DNA of 64,000 bases from Eledone cirrhosa (lineage: Eukaryota). Location of the stretch: the NCBI GenBank assembly GCA_964016885.1, contig OZ024741.1:128154001-128218000 (forward strand), read 5' to 3'. Of the stretch, positions 1 to 13,190 are shown in pieces. Under the pieces are notes generated by a model. It saw nothing but the letters and a program-made list of their open reading frames with translations, ran no database searches and was not told the DNA's origin. Made by a program: the position numbers and the translations under genes. The stretch's first letter is position 1. Each line of letters starts with the position of its first letter.

Positions 1-442
1 AAACTTTAATTAGTTACCCACTAGCTGTGTGTGCTTACACACTTTTACAGATTATCTCCTGTGATTGTTTCATATGTTTATTTTAGATATATATATATAT
101 GTCAATCAATTTCTAGTTGATATAAAATGCTCGGATCTATTCATTGGAATCTTCGAGCATATTTTACAGTGGATATGGTGCATGTCTCTCTGACATGACA
201 CCCTTAATTTAATTTAAATTTTGTATATGTATATATATATATATATTTATTTAGGTTTGAAGGTTCACCACTGGATAGAGCTGGTCAGTCCATATGATCA
301 ATCTTGATGTAATAATATGGAGAGTACTCAACGTAAAGCAGCTCAACCGTCTTTGTTTGTGTAGTTGGTGGTGCGAATACGGAGTTAAATATTATAATAA
401 AATAACAGGAGCTGGACTTGTGTAAATCCTTGAAAGGTTTAT

Positions 443-502
443 TATACTATGATCATTTCAATGACCGGGTTCCGTATGAATCCGGTGATATCATCAGGCA
501 TA
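443..502 (-). ncRNA. Type I hammerhead ribozyme-like motif (family B)
   Basis: Minus strand reads UAUGC-CUGAUGA-stem II (ACCGG/CCGGU hairpin)-GAA-AUGAUCAU (palindromic stem III)-A-GUAUA. Stem I has 5 bp and the cleavage triplet is AUA. Confidence 0.7.
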
Positions 503-1895
503 TACTTCCGTTTTACTCCACCACCACCCTAGCTATGACGGCGTTTTATTTATTTTTTTATGTATTTTTTTATTGATTTATTTATTTATATATTTCTACC
601 TTTTTACTTTATTAATGTGTTTTTATCTTCGTAATCTGCTTTTATTTATCTATGTATTCTTTGTTTTTTTGCCTACTGTTTCTTTTATTTAGGTTTTTAC
701 TCGCTTTACTCTCATTGTACTCATTAGCACACGACACTAGAATATCTCCCCCTGAGAACCACAATACTTATAACCCGGACTATCTGGGGACCTAGATATA
801 GTCTATTTGCGCTTTTCATCGGATTTTATAATTGATTACATGCGATGATCCAACTGGTGTGGTGGTTTTCCTGGCTGCGCGCCCGGCGCCCTGGTGCATA
901 AGCCTCCCTTGAGTGCTTGGAAAAATAAATTTCCCCTTCTTTCGGTAAATGAAATTACTCGGAGCGCCTTGCTTCGCCCCGGGGTCCGCCGCGCCGCCGT
1001 TTTTGACCGCCATATAGTACCTTTAAATTCTAGGCCTAATCATAACTATTAGCTGTATCATGCCTCCTTCTACTGGCTCTTAAACAAATCCCCCTCCTGT
1101 GTAAATTAATAGTACTCGTTTGGTATAACGAATGCCTAGCGACGATGGCTGACTCCCCACTAGCACACCCGAAGCCTAGAACAGTTACATTCCTTGAGTG
1201 CTCGGAAAAATTGATTTCCATATCTATCACTAGACGGTTTCACTCGGAACGGCTGACACGTGGTTAGGATGGGCTGGCCGGAGTCTGCAGTCGTCGCGTG
1301 CTGTTTGACTGCTAAACAAGGACTTAATCTTTACTCTATATCCCACCCTGAAAACTTATCGAGGATCTCTATAATACACTTAAATTTTTTTCATAAAAGA
1401 CCCTCTCTGTAAATTCTTTAACTAAATCTCGCAACCCAAACCATACATTTTTTTAATTTTATAATTTTAATCTTTAATTTATTTTTTTTTATTTCATCCT
1501 ATAAATCTAAACAAAAATTTAACGTTCCAATTTTCTGTTCACACATTATACCATGCAGACGCCCACTATATATACCTCTGTTAGAATATATACCTCTGTT
1601 AAGATATAGGTTCTTTAGAATAACATTTTTCGCGGCAATTCCTAGCCTGATTGTGGCATGACATTAACGCTGACTTTTCTTTTTTCTTTCTGTCTTTTTT
1701 TTTCTCTTTGACTGGGAGGTTAGTAGCACATTATAAGCTTTCGCCCCCTCACCAGATAGCCTTAAGTAGACCGAATAGCCAGCACTTGAGGGCGACCGGC
1801 TAAAGTGGAAGATGCTATTTGGTCGGTCGTCCTCGGGTCTATGATTTTCAGTCCCATGGATTTTATCTGTTAAATTCATTTATTATATTTCAAAC

Positions 1896-1949
1896 ACCTG
1901 ATGATATCACCGGATTCATACGGAACCCGGTCATTGAAATGATCATAGT
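1896..1949 (+). ncRNA. Hammerhead-like motif (family B, weak stem I)
   Basis: ctgatga at 1898-1904, gaaa at 1936-1939, ATGATCAT palindrome. Only about 2 bp of stem I remain. Confidence 0.55.
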
Positions 1950-2020
1950 ATAATAAACCTTTCAAGGGTTTACACAAGTCCAGCCTCCTGTTATTTTGTA
2001 TTATATATACATAAAAAAAA

Positions 2021-2251
2021 ATTTCGCTCTACATGGCTGAATACAATAAATGTAATCTGAGTTTTTCGAATATTAATAATAACATTCGATTCGTTTGCAA
2101 TTATGCAAACAAGCCTCAATTTTATAGCCATGTCAGTAGAATTAACCCTTGGTTCTTGCTCTTGTGTTGATGGCTATAAAATTGAGGCTTGCTTGCATAA
2201 TTGCAAACGAATCGAATGTTATTATTAATATTCGAAAAACGCAGATTACAT
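2021..2251. mobile_element. Fold-back fragment of repeat family F (same family as the 53.8-55.9 kb hammerhead units)
   Basis: 2050-2133 is inverted to 2170-2251, and the sequence matches 53900-54030 and 54340-54440. Confidence 0.7.
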
Positions 2252-2402
2252 TAATATATATATATATATATACGCACACGCGCACACACACTCGCACACA
2301 CACACACACACATATATGTATATATGCGTGTGGGTGTTCTTGTGTTCATGTGTGTATATGTATATATATGCATATATATATATATATGTTTGTGTGTGTG
2401 TT

Positions 2403-2475
<73 letters not shown>

Positions 2476-2819
2476 TAGAAAGTGAGGTTTTTTTACAAAA
2501 TGATAAATAATCGAGGTGTCCTACACGAGTGAAAGTTTAAAGAAAAAAAGATGAAATCGAAAATGCAACTGGAGTCTTATTTAAAAAAATATATATATAT
2601 TTATTTGGTTCCTTTACCGGTTTCGCAGTTCTTCTGCTTTTCAAAAGGTGAGTTGAGATGGAGGGTCTGTGGTTTTTCTCACATCTGATGTGAGAAAAAC
2701 CACAGACCCTCCATCTCAACTCTACTTTTGAAAAGCAGAAGAACTGCGAAACCGGTAAAGGAACCAAATAAATATATATATTTTTTTAAAAATCAGACTC
2801 CAGTTGCATTTTCGATTTC

Positions 2820-2826
<7 letters not shown>
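2476..2826. mobile_element. Fold-back element family C: ~140-bp inverted arms (2546-2685 / 2687-2826), each with a variant-core hammerhead-like motif
   Basis: Near-perfect palindrome centred at 2686. The motif is CCUU-UUGAAAA-GCAG/CUGC-GAA-ACCGGU-A-AAGG at 2611-2648(-) and 2725-2760(+). Confidence 0.65.
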
Positions 2827-2850
<24 letters not shown>

Positions 2851-3409
2851 GAGAACAATATATCTACATAAATACAGTGTGTAACTGAGAGTGCACCACT
2901 ATGTATAAGTAAATACACATATCTAATATGTGGGCATGCATACATGTCAGAAAATACGAATTACCCTGTAACTTGGATTAAAAAAAGATTAAACTTTTTT
3001 ATTGTTTTTCGGATCTCTAGTTGTCTTGGATCCCTCTATACGTCTCCTGATTAGGGTCCAATAATATGAAAGGATGGATAAGTGGTCAAGAAGTTTCCTT
3101 TGAAAACCATGTGGTGTCTGGTTAAATCGCACTGCGTTGCATTTTGTCCAAGATTAATGGTAGATGGTAACCGTTGAAGCCCGTCGAATACATACATACA
3201 CACATAAATACGTATATTCATATCCGCACACACACATATACATACATACATACATACATAATAAATGTATACATACATTATATATATACATACATTACAT
3301 TCATACATACATACTTACCTACATACATACATACATACATTATATACATACATACATGACATACATACATTACACACATGCATACATATATACATTATAT
3401 ATACATACA

Positions 3410-3715
3410 TAGAATAAGGAGCAGATATTGCAATAGCCTGGGGTTCAAGGGCCCTCAACTCTTCAACATCCTGCCGAGGGATCTGAGAGATCTGCATGGT
3501 GTGGATCTGGTTGTCTTCAAGAAACATCTCGACACCTTGCTATCCAGGATTCCGGATGAGCCCACAGCAAGGCATGAGGGAAACCTAAGGGCAGCAGTAA
3601 CGAACTCCCTCTTGCACCAGTGGCCAACCAATACAGGCTGGAGATAAAATGCGTAGCAACAAGGGTGGTGCCCCAGCATGGCCTCAGCCGGATGGCTGGA
3701 ACAGGTAAAAGAGTA
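3410..3715 (+). mobile_element. CR1/L2-like LINE 3' end fragment
   Basis: Translation GPQLFNILPRDLRD...FKKHLDTLLSRIPDEP...TNSLLHQ is typical of the post-RT C-terminus, followed by the 3' tail gtgccccagcatggcc...gtaaaagag. Confidence 0.7.
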
Positions 3716-3785
3716 TACATACATACATATATACATACATATATACATACATATATACATACATTCATTAACATCGAAATGCCAC

Positions 3786-4556
3786 CCATGTCACAAGCAG
3801 CTGTCCAAAATTGTCATCATGGTACTATCTACCTATGAGGCATGATGCAGTGGCCAAAACACTGTACAATGCAATCCGTAGAAAAGATAGCCCCGACAAT
3901 AAACACATTAAAAGCTACAGCAATGTAGAAGACATACACTTACACAATGAAAAAGTACTGATGGAATGTTCTCGTCAAGACCCCAATAAAATGCAAGCAT
4001 ACAGACCAGATACAGTGATATGAAACAGAAAAGAAGGCATGCATAGCAGTAGAAGTGAGTTGCCCAGCGAAAAGGATAACATCTATATAGAACTAATGAA
4101 GAATCTGCAGATATCCATGCTGACTATACCTTCGGATTTTTACGTGTCATCATTGGGGCTCTGGGATATGTTACCAACCGTCTCGGTAGAGTTCTTGAGA
4201 AGTTGGGCTTCACAGAAACAGAAAGAACACAACTAGTTACGAAGTTACAAGCACAATCCATTAATGTAATTGTAAAAATATGTAAAGTATTCCAAAAATT
4301 CTGCATCTAATAACTGCATATACACATGTACGGATACAAAACTTATGCACAGGCACACATAAACTCAAAAGATACAGACCCACACATACAATAACATCCA
4401 TACCTGCACACACACACACACGCGCGCGCGCGCGCATATAGACATGCAGCCATATTTACCTAGTTGATGTCTAAATTCCAATGAAAAAGCCTTTTGTCTA
4501 TGTTAGAAACCAGCTCTCTATTGATAAAAATTTATAAAATAATGAAACTAGAAGAA
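3786..4556 (+). mobile_element. RLE-type non-LTR retrotransposon (R4/Dong-like) 3' fragment, degenerate
   Basis: CPKLSSWYYLPMRHDAVAK, RPDTVI and VEVSCP motifs (CCHC knuckle end plus PD-(D/E)xK restriction-like endonuclease). The 3' UTR ends gaagaa directly before (cata)n. Confidence 0.75.
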
Positions 4557-4817
4557 CATACATACATATATTCTTACATTGTATACTACGTCATTTCTAT
4601 AAATCGAGCGTGGCCTCTTCTCATGGCAACAAAGTATTTCCTACTTTCTCTCTCAATTCCAGGTTTTTATGTCAACTACAATAGCTGGTCCCCCCCCCCT
4701 CTCTCTCTACCTCGCTCTCACCTATATTTCTGCCAATTTCCACGATTAAGGATCCAACTACTTTGCTAGCTACCTAAAGCTTACATCTACAATGAGACTT
4801 CAAATCAGCTTAAAATT

Positions 4818-5470
<653 letters not shown>

Positions 5471-5896
5471 GGCTGAACTGTCACACCATCACAATTCCCG
5501 TTGCACTCCAATCACATTCGTCTACTTCTTGTAATGGAGTACTTTTTTTTTTTTTTTACTATTTTAATATACACATAATATATCTTACAGCATTCCAGAA
5601 GTCTCAATAAACAACGAACTCAACTAGGATTTACCCCTTCCCTTGTTTACGATTGATTTGCTTTTATCTGTATTGATCAAGTATAGGTTCTTTTTTTTTC
5701 TTAGTTGTTATGCTCGATGTAGATTAATTGTAATATTTTAAATTGATTTTCAACCATGTACTTAAGAGGATGATGTCCCTCCAGAGAGAAATGGATGGCG
5801 CAGACGATAAATTCACAGGCGATGCAAATAAGAAAAAAAAAAATTAAACCACCAAAAAAAAATAGACAAGTACAACTACAAAAGCAACATCTTTTG

Positions 5897-6018
<122 letters not shown>

Positions 6019-6257
6019 GTATGTGTGTGTGTGTGTGTGCATGCATGTAAATTATGTGTATATATATATACATATATATATATATTTATAGTTAATAAAT
6101 GAAACAAACTAAACACAAGAGGCAATTTTTACAGTTAGGTTCATGTATATATATATATGTGATGGTTACACTAAGATACGCACTTTTACACATATTGACG
6201 CAAACCTAGCAGATTTTATACAGGTAAATACGGACGAGTTAGATAAAATAGAGTGAT

Positions 6258-6300
6258 ATATAGATAGATAGATAGATAGATAGATTGATTGATAGACTGG

Positions 6301-6337
<37 letters not shown>

Positions 6338-6412
6338 TGATTGATAGACTGGTAGATAGATAGATAGATAGATAGATAGATATATAGATAGATAGATTGA
6401 TTGATAGACTGG

Positions 6413-6453
<41 letters not shown>

Positions 6454-6470
6454 TGATAGATAGATAGATA
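6258..6470. repeat. (GATA)n microsatellite with ~50-60 bp higher-order period
   Basis: gata tracts punctuated three times by gattgattgatagactgg. Confidence 0.9.
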
Positions 6471-7239
6471 CAGATGGCTGAAGAAGAAAAGAACAAAATA
6501 GAAAAAAAAATTAAATGATTAAATGACTTGATAAAAGACAGTATCAAGTAGGTGGCTTCTTGTTTACTGTACAGACAAGAGTAGACTGAGGAAAATTTGT
6601 CCAACTTTGAAACGAAGCTCACCATATTTATATAGTACTCGAATGAGAAATGTCGCCATTGATACGAGAAGAGGCTAGGTTCAAATACTTGAAAACATCT
6701 TTCATTTATTTATTAATTTATGTCCTTTTTATGTGCGTTGTCAGCAACTTCAGTTTGTCTGCTTGTAGGTTGTGTATGAAAACACTTGATTGTTTCTTTT
6801 TTAGACACGTATCACAACGCTCATACATATCTATAACTTTGTCTACTTCGTGCTGAGCTAAGCTCCGTTGTCTGTTCGATAATGAAGACGACAGACGACA
6901 TTTCAAAATTAAAAAAAGTAATACGAAATTATATGTAGAATTGATAGATTGTTTATTGGTTTCGATTGAAGAATCTTTTCTATGGATGTGATTTTTTATA
7001 AGACTAACTACTTTATTTGCCAGAAACGCTAGAACGTAAGACAAAATGCTACGAATTATCTGTCCATGCTCTTTAAGTTCTTAAGTTCAAATCCTGTCGA
7101 AGTCAAATTTGGCTTTCATCTATCGAGTGTCAATAAATTAACTCTTAACGACTTGTACCAAAAGAAACTGCACCAGCAAGAAATGTCTGAACAGTACAAA
7201 ACAGCATTATGACTACATCAATGTGGATGGCATATTTAT

Positions 7240-7450
7240 GTTCTTCTGGTTTTATAATTTTATTAATTTTTACCAATAAAGCGAGTCGGTTTCTAACATA
7301 GATACAAGACACTTTCATTGGAATTTAAAGAACATCAACTAGGTAGATGTCTGCATGCCTGCATGCATGTGTGTGTGTGCAAGGCATGGATGTTATTGTA
7401 TGTGTGAATGTGTATGTTTTGAGTTATATGTGTCCATGTGCATATGTTTT
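7240..7450 (-). mobile_element. 3' UTR-only fragment of the RLE-type element
   Basis: Matches 13190-13400 and the reverse complement of ~4330-4556, and runs into (tatg)n. Confidence 0.7.
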
Positions 7451-7577
7451 GTATGTATGTATGTATGTATGTATGTATGTATGTATGTATGTATGTATGT
7501 ATGTATGTATTAAGAAAACAACTTTAATAATAATTTTTCTGCTTTTGGCACGGATCCAGCGACTGGCCAGCGCATCA

Positions 7578-7680
7578 CTGGTACTCTCTTTTGTTGACTC
7601 CGTGGGGATGAAGGGCAAGGTTGACCTCGGCGGGATTTGAGCTCAGAGCGTGGAGAGTCATAGCTCTATGCTGTAAAGCA
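7578..7680 (-). mobile_element. SINE fragment (main family in this window)
   Basis: ggcaaggttgacctcggcgggatttgagctcaga core shared with 18224-18440, 27765-27942, 36668-36855 and 46725-46915. Confidence 0.7.
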
Positions 7681-7783
7681 ATTATAATAATACTGAACTG
7701 TAATACGATCGGCTTCAACTATACAAACTCTTGAAAGTCAACGGTTGACATAATCTTGTAATCTTGTATCAGTAATGACGGTA

Positions 7784-7814
<31 letters not shown>

Positions 7815-7959
7815 CGTGTAAGTGAGTAGAGTAGCATGTGTGTGTGTTTGTTTGTATGTATGAGTGTTGCTGTGTGCGCGCTCATGTATGCGTGTGTGTG
7901 TATGTCGTACGTATAAGTGTCAATAAGTGAGTTTATTTATTTATTTATTTTTTTTTTTT

Positions 7960-10900
7960 GGCGCGGGGACATAGAAATAATCGGGCTGGATGCCCGATCG
8001 CGCAGTTAAACCACTGGGAGTGAAGAACCCCTAGCCCTTGTCAGGGCATTCTTCTAGGAGAAGGCATCTCAGGAAACTGGGTTAACTCCGATATAAAACC
8101 TGCGGCTCAGTAGTTACCGATGATGTTGATCTTTTCTTCTTTTCGGGTTATAGCTACTGTCGCTCAGAGAGTGGGATTGGCTCAGTGCACAGTCTTTCCT
8201 CACTTTAAAAAATATTCGTCACGCACAGGCATTGCACGAGTGCATTAATAATTATTAATAATGTACTATTATTATTATTATTATTATTACTATTATTATT
8301 ACTTTTTTTTTTTTTTTTTTTTTTTCTTCCAATTCAATGATGTTCCAGAACAATGTAAAAGAGATAATTAGCAATTTAGGTTCTGGAACAAAAAAGATCA
8401 TTGGCAATAAGGACAGGGGCCCCAAGTTATCACAGCCTGGGCCCGCTCGTCATCGTGCCATTGTAATAGAGCCAAACAGGGCATTTAGTCTTGGCTGCTG
8501 GAACGTACGGACGCTGCTTGACAGGGATTCCTTGGAGCGTCCTGAACGAAGGACCGCTCTTGTTGCAAAGGAGCTTCGACGTTACGATCTTGACATCGTG
8601 GCTTTATCTGAGATGAGGTTAGCTGGAGATGGTCATCTTACGGAATTTTGTGGAGAATATACATTCTTCTGGAAAGGAAGAGATGAAGGAACCAGAAGAG
8701 AGGCTGGGGTAGGATTTGCTGTTAAGACTGTACTTGTGAATAAATTAGAAGAATTCCCAGTAGGGATTAGTGAGCGTCTTATGTCCATGAGAGTTCCGCT
8801 GGACAAGGGAAGATATGCTACCCTGGTGAGTGTGTATGCTCCAACTATGAATTCTGTCGATGAAGAAAAAGTGTCCTTTTACCATGCCTTGAAAGGTGTT
8901 CTAAGAAATATCCCTCAGGCAGACAAAGTCATCGTGCTTGGTGACTTTAATGCTAGAGTGGGTAGGGATTTTAACACATGGAATGTAATCGGAAGGCATG
9001 GGGTGGGAAAGTGTAACAGCAATGGTATGCTCCTGCTGCAGATGTGTGAGGAGCTGGATCTGTGTGTTACCAACACCATGTTCCAACAAAAGAACAAATT
9101 CAAGACCACATGGATGCATCCTGCATCTAAGGAATGGCATATTTTGGACTACGTCCTAGTCAGGATGCGTAACAGACAGGATGTGCAGTGTGTTCGTGTT
9201 CTTCGTGGAGCTGAGTGCTGGACGGACCACCGACTGGTACGCGCAAAAGTGAAACTAATCACCAAACGTAAAATCCGGGCTCCTGGTGTTAACCTGTCCA
9301 AAAGATTGAATGCTGCTCGTCTTAAGCATAAACATTTGAAGAGGACATTGCAAGAAGAGATGCAGGCTGCAGATCTTGGTGAGGATTGGTTGAGCCTTAA
9401 AAAGTCGGTTTATGATGTAGGCAGGCGTGTTCTGGGATTGGTGCAGAGAAAACATCAGGACTGGTTTAATGAGAATGATATACATATAGAAGACTTGTTG
9501 GCTGATAAGAGGCGTGCTCTGTCACGTTACTTGACGGCAAAACCACAGGAGAGGAATGCGTTGCATGAGGAACTCAAGGATGTAAAATCACGTGTTAGGC
9601 GGAGTTTTTCTCAGATGAAGGATCAGTGGTGGAGTGAAAAGGCTGGTGAGATACAAACTGCGTCAGATTCCAATAACACAAAGCTGTTGTACAGTCTCTT
9701 GCGTGAGGTTTATGGACCGTCTTCTTCTCTGGTGACACCGCTTCGCAGCAAGGATGGCAAAGAACTTCTTCATGACTCACAAGGAATTCTACGAAGGTAG
9801 CGAGAGCACTTTGATGATCTTTTGAATCAGCCGTCTGTCGTCAGTGAAGATTTCCTCAATCTCATTCCAGAAAGTCCTGTGAAAGTAGCTCTCGCAGAAC
9901 CTACGACGCTTGTGGGGGTTGCAGTGGCTATCTCGAAGCTGAACAGTGGAAGGTCTCCAGGTATGGATGGCATACATGCTGAGCTCCTACAATATGGTGG
10001 TGAGAGACTCCTGCAACATCTTCACTCTTTGTTTGGCAGGATATGGGCTAATGAATCCGTACCTGAGGACTGGAGAGATGCAATAATGGTGGTCTTGTAC
10101 AAGGGAAAGGGTAACAGGAATGATTGTGGGAACTACAGAGGTATATCATTGCTTTCTGTCGTAGGGAAAGTTTTATGTAGGGTGCTTCTGGATCATCTGC
10201 TGACACACATTGCAGATTGTGTTCTTCCTGAAAGTCAATCTGGTTTTCGTGCTGGAGGCGGCACTACTGCTATGATCTTCTCAGCTAGACAGCTCCAGGA
10301 GAAGTGCATGGAACATGGTTTGGATCTGTATCAGGTTTTTGTCGATCTGACAAAAGCTTTCGATACTGGTAACAGAGATGCATTATGGAAGGTTCTCTAG
10401 AAACTTGGTTGCCCTGATAAGTTCCTTGCTTTAGTTAGGTCTTTCCATGACGACATGAAGGCTTGGGTTAATGTCGGAGGTAACATGTCGGAGCACATCT
10501 CAGTAAAAAATGGAATGAAACAGGGGGATATTCCAGCACCGACCCTGTTTGCCATATACTTTGCAATGGTTTTCTGTATTGCATTCAGGAATTGCGAGTA
10601 TGGTGTTTACATCCGATATCGAACCTCAGGCAGCATATTTAACATCAGGCGCTTTGCTGCAAAGATAAAAGTATTTACATCAATCATAAGAGATCTCTTG
10701 TATGAAGATGATTGCGACCTTGTAGCGCACACAGAGAGTGTTATGCAGCACATTTTGAATGCATTTTCTGACGCTTGCACTGCCCTAGGATTGACTGTCA
10801 GTCTCAAGAAAACCGTCGTCATGTACCAACCTGCCCCTGGTAAGCAGTACACTGAACCAAATATCTATGTGTATGGTAAACGACTTGGAGTGTTTGATCA

Positions 10901-12190
10901 GTTTGTCTACCTGGGAAGCACTGTCAATCGATACAGCAACCTTGACAGTGAAATCTCACTTAGGATTAGGAAAGCAAGTGATGCTTTCGGAAAGCTAGAA
11001 AGGCGACTCTGGGGTCGGCAAGACATATGCAGGAGGGCAAAGTTAAAGGTGTACAAGGCATGTGTGCTCTCTTGTCTTCTTTATGCCTGCGAGACCTGGG
11101 TCACATATCGATACAACCTTAAGCAATTGGAGCGTTTCCATCAGATGTGTCTCAGACAGATCCATGGCGTTCACTGGAGGGACCACATCAGTGATGTCGA
11201 GATTTTGGAAAGCTCTATGTGACAGTATAGAAGCTCTTGTGCTTAAGCAACGACTCCGTTGGAGTGGTCACCTTGCCAGGATGAAGGATTCTAGAATACC
11301 AAAACAACTCTTTTATGGAGAGTTGGTTAAAGGAAAACGACCGCCACATAAACCAAAAAAGAGGTATGAGGATTCCTTGAAAGCCTCTTTGAATGATGCT
11401 AACATCTCTGCTGATACATGGGAAAATATTGCTGCTGATCGTAATAAATGGAGAAAGACTTATATGAGGGAAAAGTTGCCTTTGAGGCATCTCGAATCGC
11501 ATACGAGAAAGTAAAGCGAGATGTGAAGAAGGGCATTGCTGTTGCACTTCCAGACGGCGAGGGTCCTCCTATGGTGCTGACATACAGCGTCTGTGCGAGA
11601 CTCTTTTTAAGCAAAGCTGGACTCGAAAGTCATCTTCGCAGTCATAAAGTAAGACCAGTGGTTGACTACCAGGCTGCTGTTGGAGATGCTACACATCATG
11701 CTTGCCAAGCATGTGGTAGAGAATGTAAATCAGCAGGAGGGCTCAAGCGACATGCAAAAGTACACGAACTCCAACCACAGCCGGCTACTCCCAGTGAATG
11801 TTTTGGTTGCCAAATCTGTGCAAGACATTTTAGATCATTGGCTGGGCTAAAAAGCCACATTCGATCGCAGCGCTGTTAGTTGCTATCGTGTGTGTGTATA
11901 GATATATTTATGTGTGTGCGTGTGTGTGTATATATGTATATGTATATTATTATTGTTCTTGTTGTCGTTATTATTATTGTTGTTGTTATTATTATTATTA
12001 TTATTATTGTTATTAATGTATATGTGTGTATATATATATATATATGTGTATATATATATATATGTATGTGTGTGTATATATATATATATATATATTTCTT
12101 TTTTTAAATTTTATTTTATTTTTTATTTATTTATTATTATTTTTTTTCTCGTGCAATGGCCATACTCGATAACGAGGGGGCAGCCACCAT
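7960..12190 (+). mobile_element. Near full-length RTE-clade LINE, disabled
   Basis: Putative 5' UTR ~7960-8240, APE and RT coding region 8337-11879, and 3' end atggccatactcgataacgagggggcagccacc followed by (tatg)n. Microsatellites have expanded at 8245-8330 and 11885-12150. Confidence 0.88.
8337..11879 (+). pseudogene. RTE ORF: apurinic endonuclease, reverse transcriptase and three C-terminal C2H2 zinc fingers, interrupted
   Basis: Motifs CWNVRTL, GDFNARVG, LDYVLV, DHRLV, NYRGISLL, ESQSGFR, FVDLTKAFD, QGDIPAP, YEDD (10701) and YLGS are present. In-frame TAG stops at 9798-9800 and 10398-10400, and frameshifts near 11215 and 11455. Confidence 0.92.
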
Positions 12191-12231
12191 GTATGTATGT
12201 ATGTGTATGTGTATGAGTATGTATGTAAATG

Positions 12232-13180
12232 CATTCGATCTTCAGAGAGTGGGATTCCACCCTTGCAAAGCCTTTCCTCACTTAAAAAAGCTTCAAGCGC
12301 AAGCATCACTTGATATGACATTTTTGCGATGCATGGCATTGCTGGATATAGGTAAGCTCTTAGCAGGACTAAAAGGCCATGCCCATGATGCTCATGCTTA
12401 AGTATCAAGCGATATTTGAGTACATTTTTGACCGGCCACCATTCTGGTAACAAGCTTGTAAAAGAAAAGAAATTGTCATCTCTTGAATTGCAAGAATGTT
12501 TTTCAAATTTTCAAGGTCCCAGATACCGCAGCCATTTGTAGTCTATGAATTAGGGAGCTGCTCTCTTTGTCCACAAATCCAAGTTCAATCATACTTTGGT
12601 CCAAGCGGGTTGGTATATAACCTGTAGTTCCAATAATGATGGGTATGAAGCTGAAGGATACTGGATCTGCAAACTCCTCATCAATGGTCCGTAGATGTCC
12701 TCCTTCGCTTGTATTTTTCTTACAACAGTGACAGTTTTTATATTCAGGTTCCACCAGTATTCTTTAGTGCCATCTATCTCAACGTATTCCTCATCATTTG
12801 TTTTTAATTTTATTTTACGAAGCGCGCTCCAGATGGTTCTAGCTATCACATCGTGTCTCATAGGGAGGCAGTAGCGAGACATTCTTTCGCAGTTGGCAAC
12901 AATGTGGCTAACATCTTCGATCTTTGTTTTACATACACTACTACATTTGATGTGGACTGATGGCCCTCCTCTTTTATGTAGCAGATATTTGGTAGGGATT
13001 TCTTGTTCCTGTATTACATAGAGATATTCTTCAAGGTGGGATGTCATAAACTTGTCGGAACTCCACACCAGGCTTTTTGAATGATTTATCCTCTGTTTTT
13101 CGTCTCAGGTACCCATTCACAACTTTCTCTGTAAATTGATCCATTTTTTTAATCTTATTCGAGCATTGAATAGGATCTTC
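12232..13180 (-). mobile_element. RLE-type non-LTR retrotransposon 3' fragment (second subfamily)
   Basis: IQEQEIPTKYL, CSSVCKTKIEDVSHIVANC, MRHDVIA, EYWWN and FIPIIIG motifs. Flanked by (tatg)n. Confidence 0.75.
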
Positions 13181-13190
13181 ATGTATGTAT

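Larger units (their letters stand above)
253..2005. mobile_element. Penelope-like (pLTR-type) element, family B: inverted terminal segment (253-502), body with no recognisable ORF, and forward terminal segment (~1789-2005), in (TA)n
   Basis: About 390-497 is the reverse complement of 1898-2005. A third copy lies at 28773-29135. Each terminal segment carries a hammerhead-like motif, and both outer ends abut TA-rich tracts. Confidence 0.6.

Noticed and set aside
7960-8110. HDV-like ribozyme in the RTE 5' UTR (known for some RTEs)
   Set aside because: I could not build the nested double pseudoknot by eye. It needs a descriptor search.
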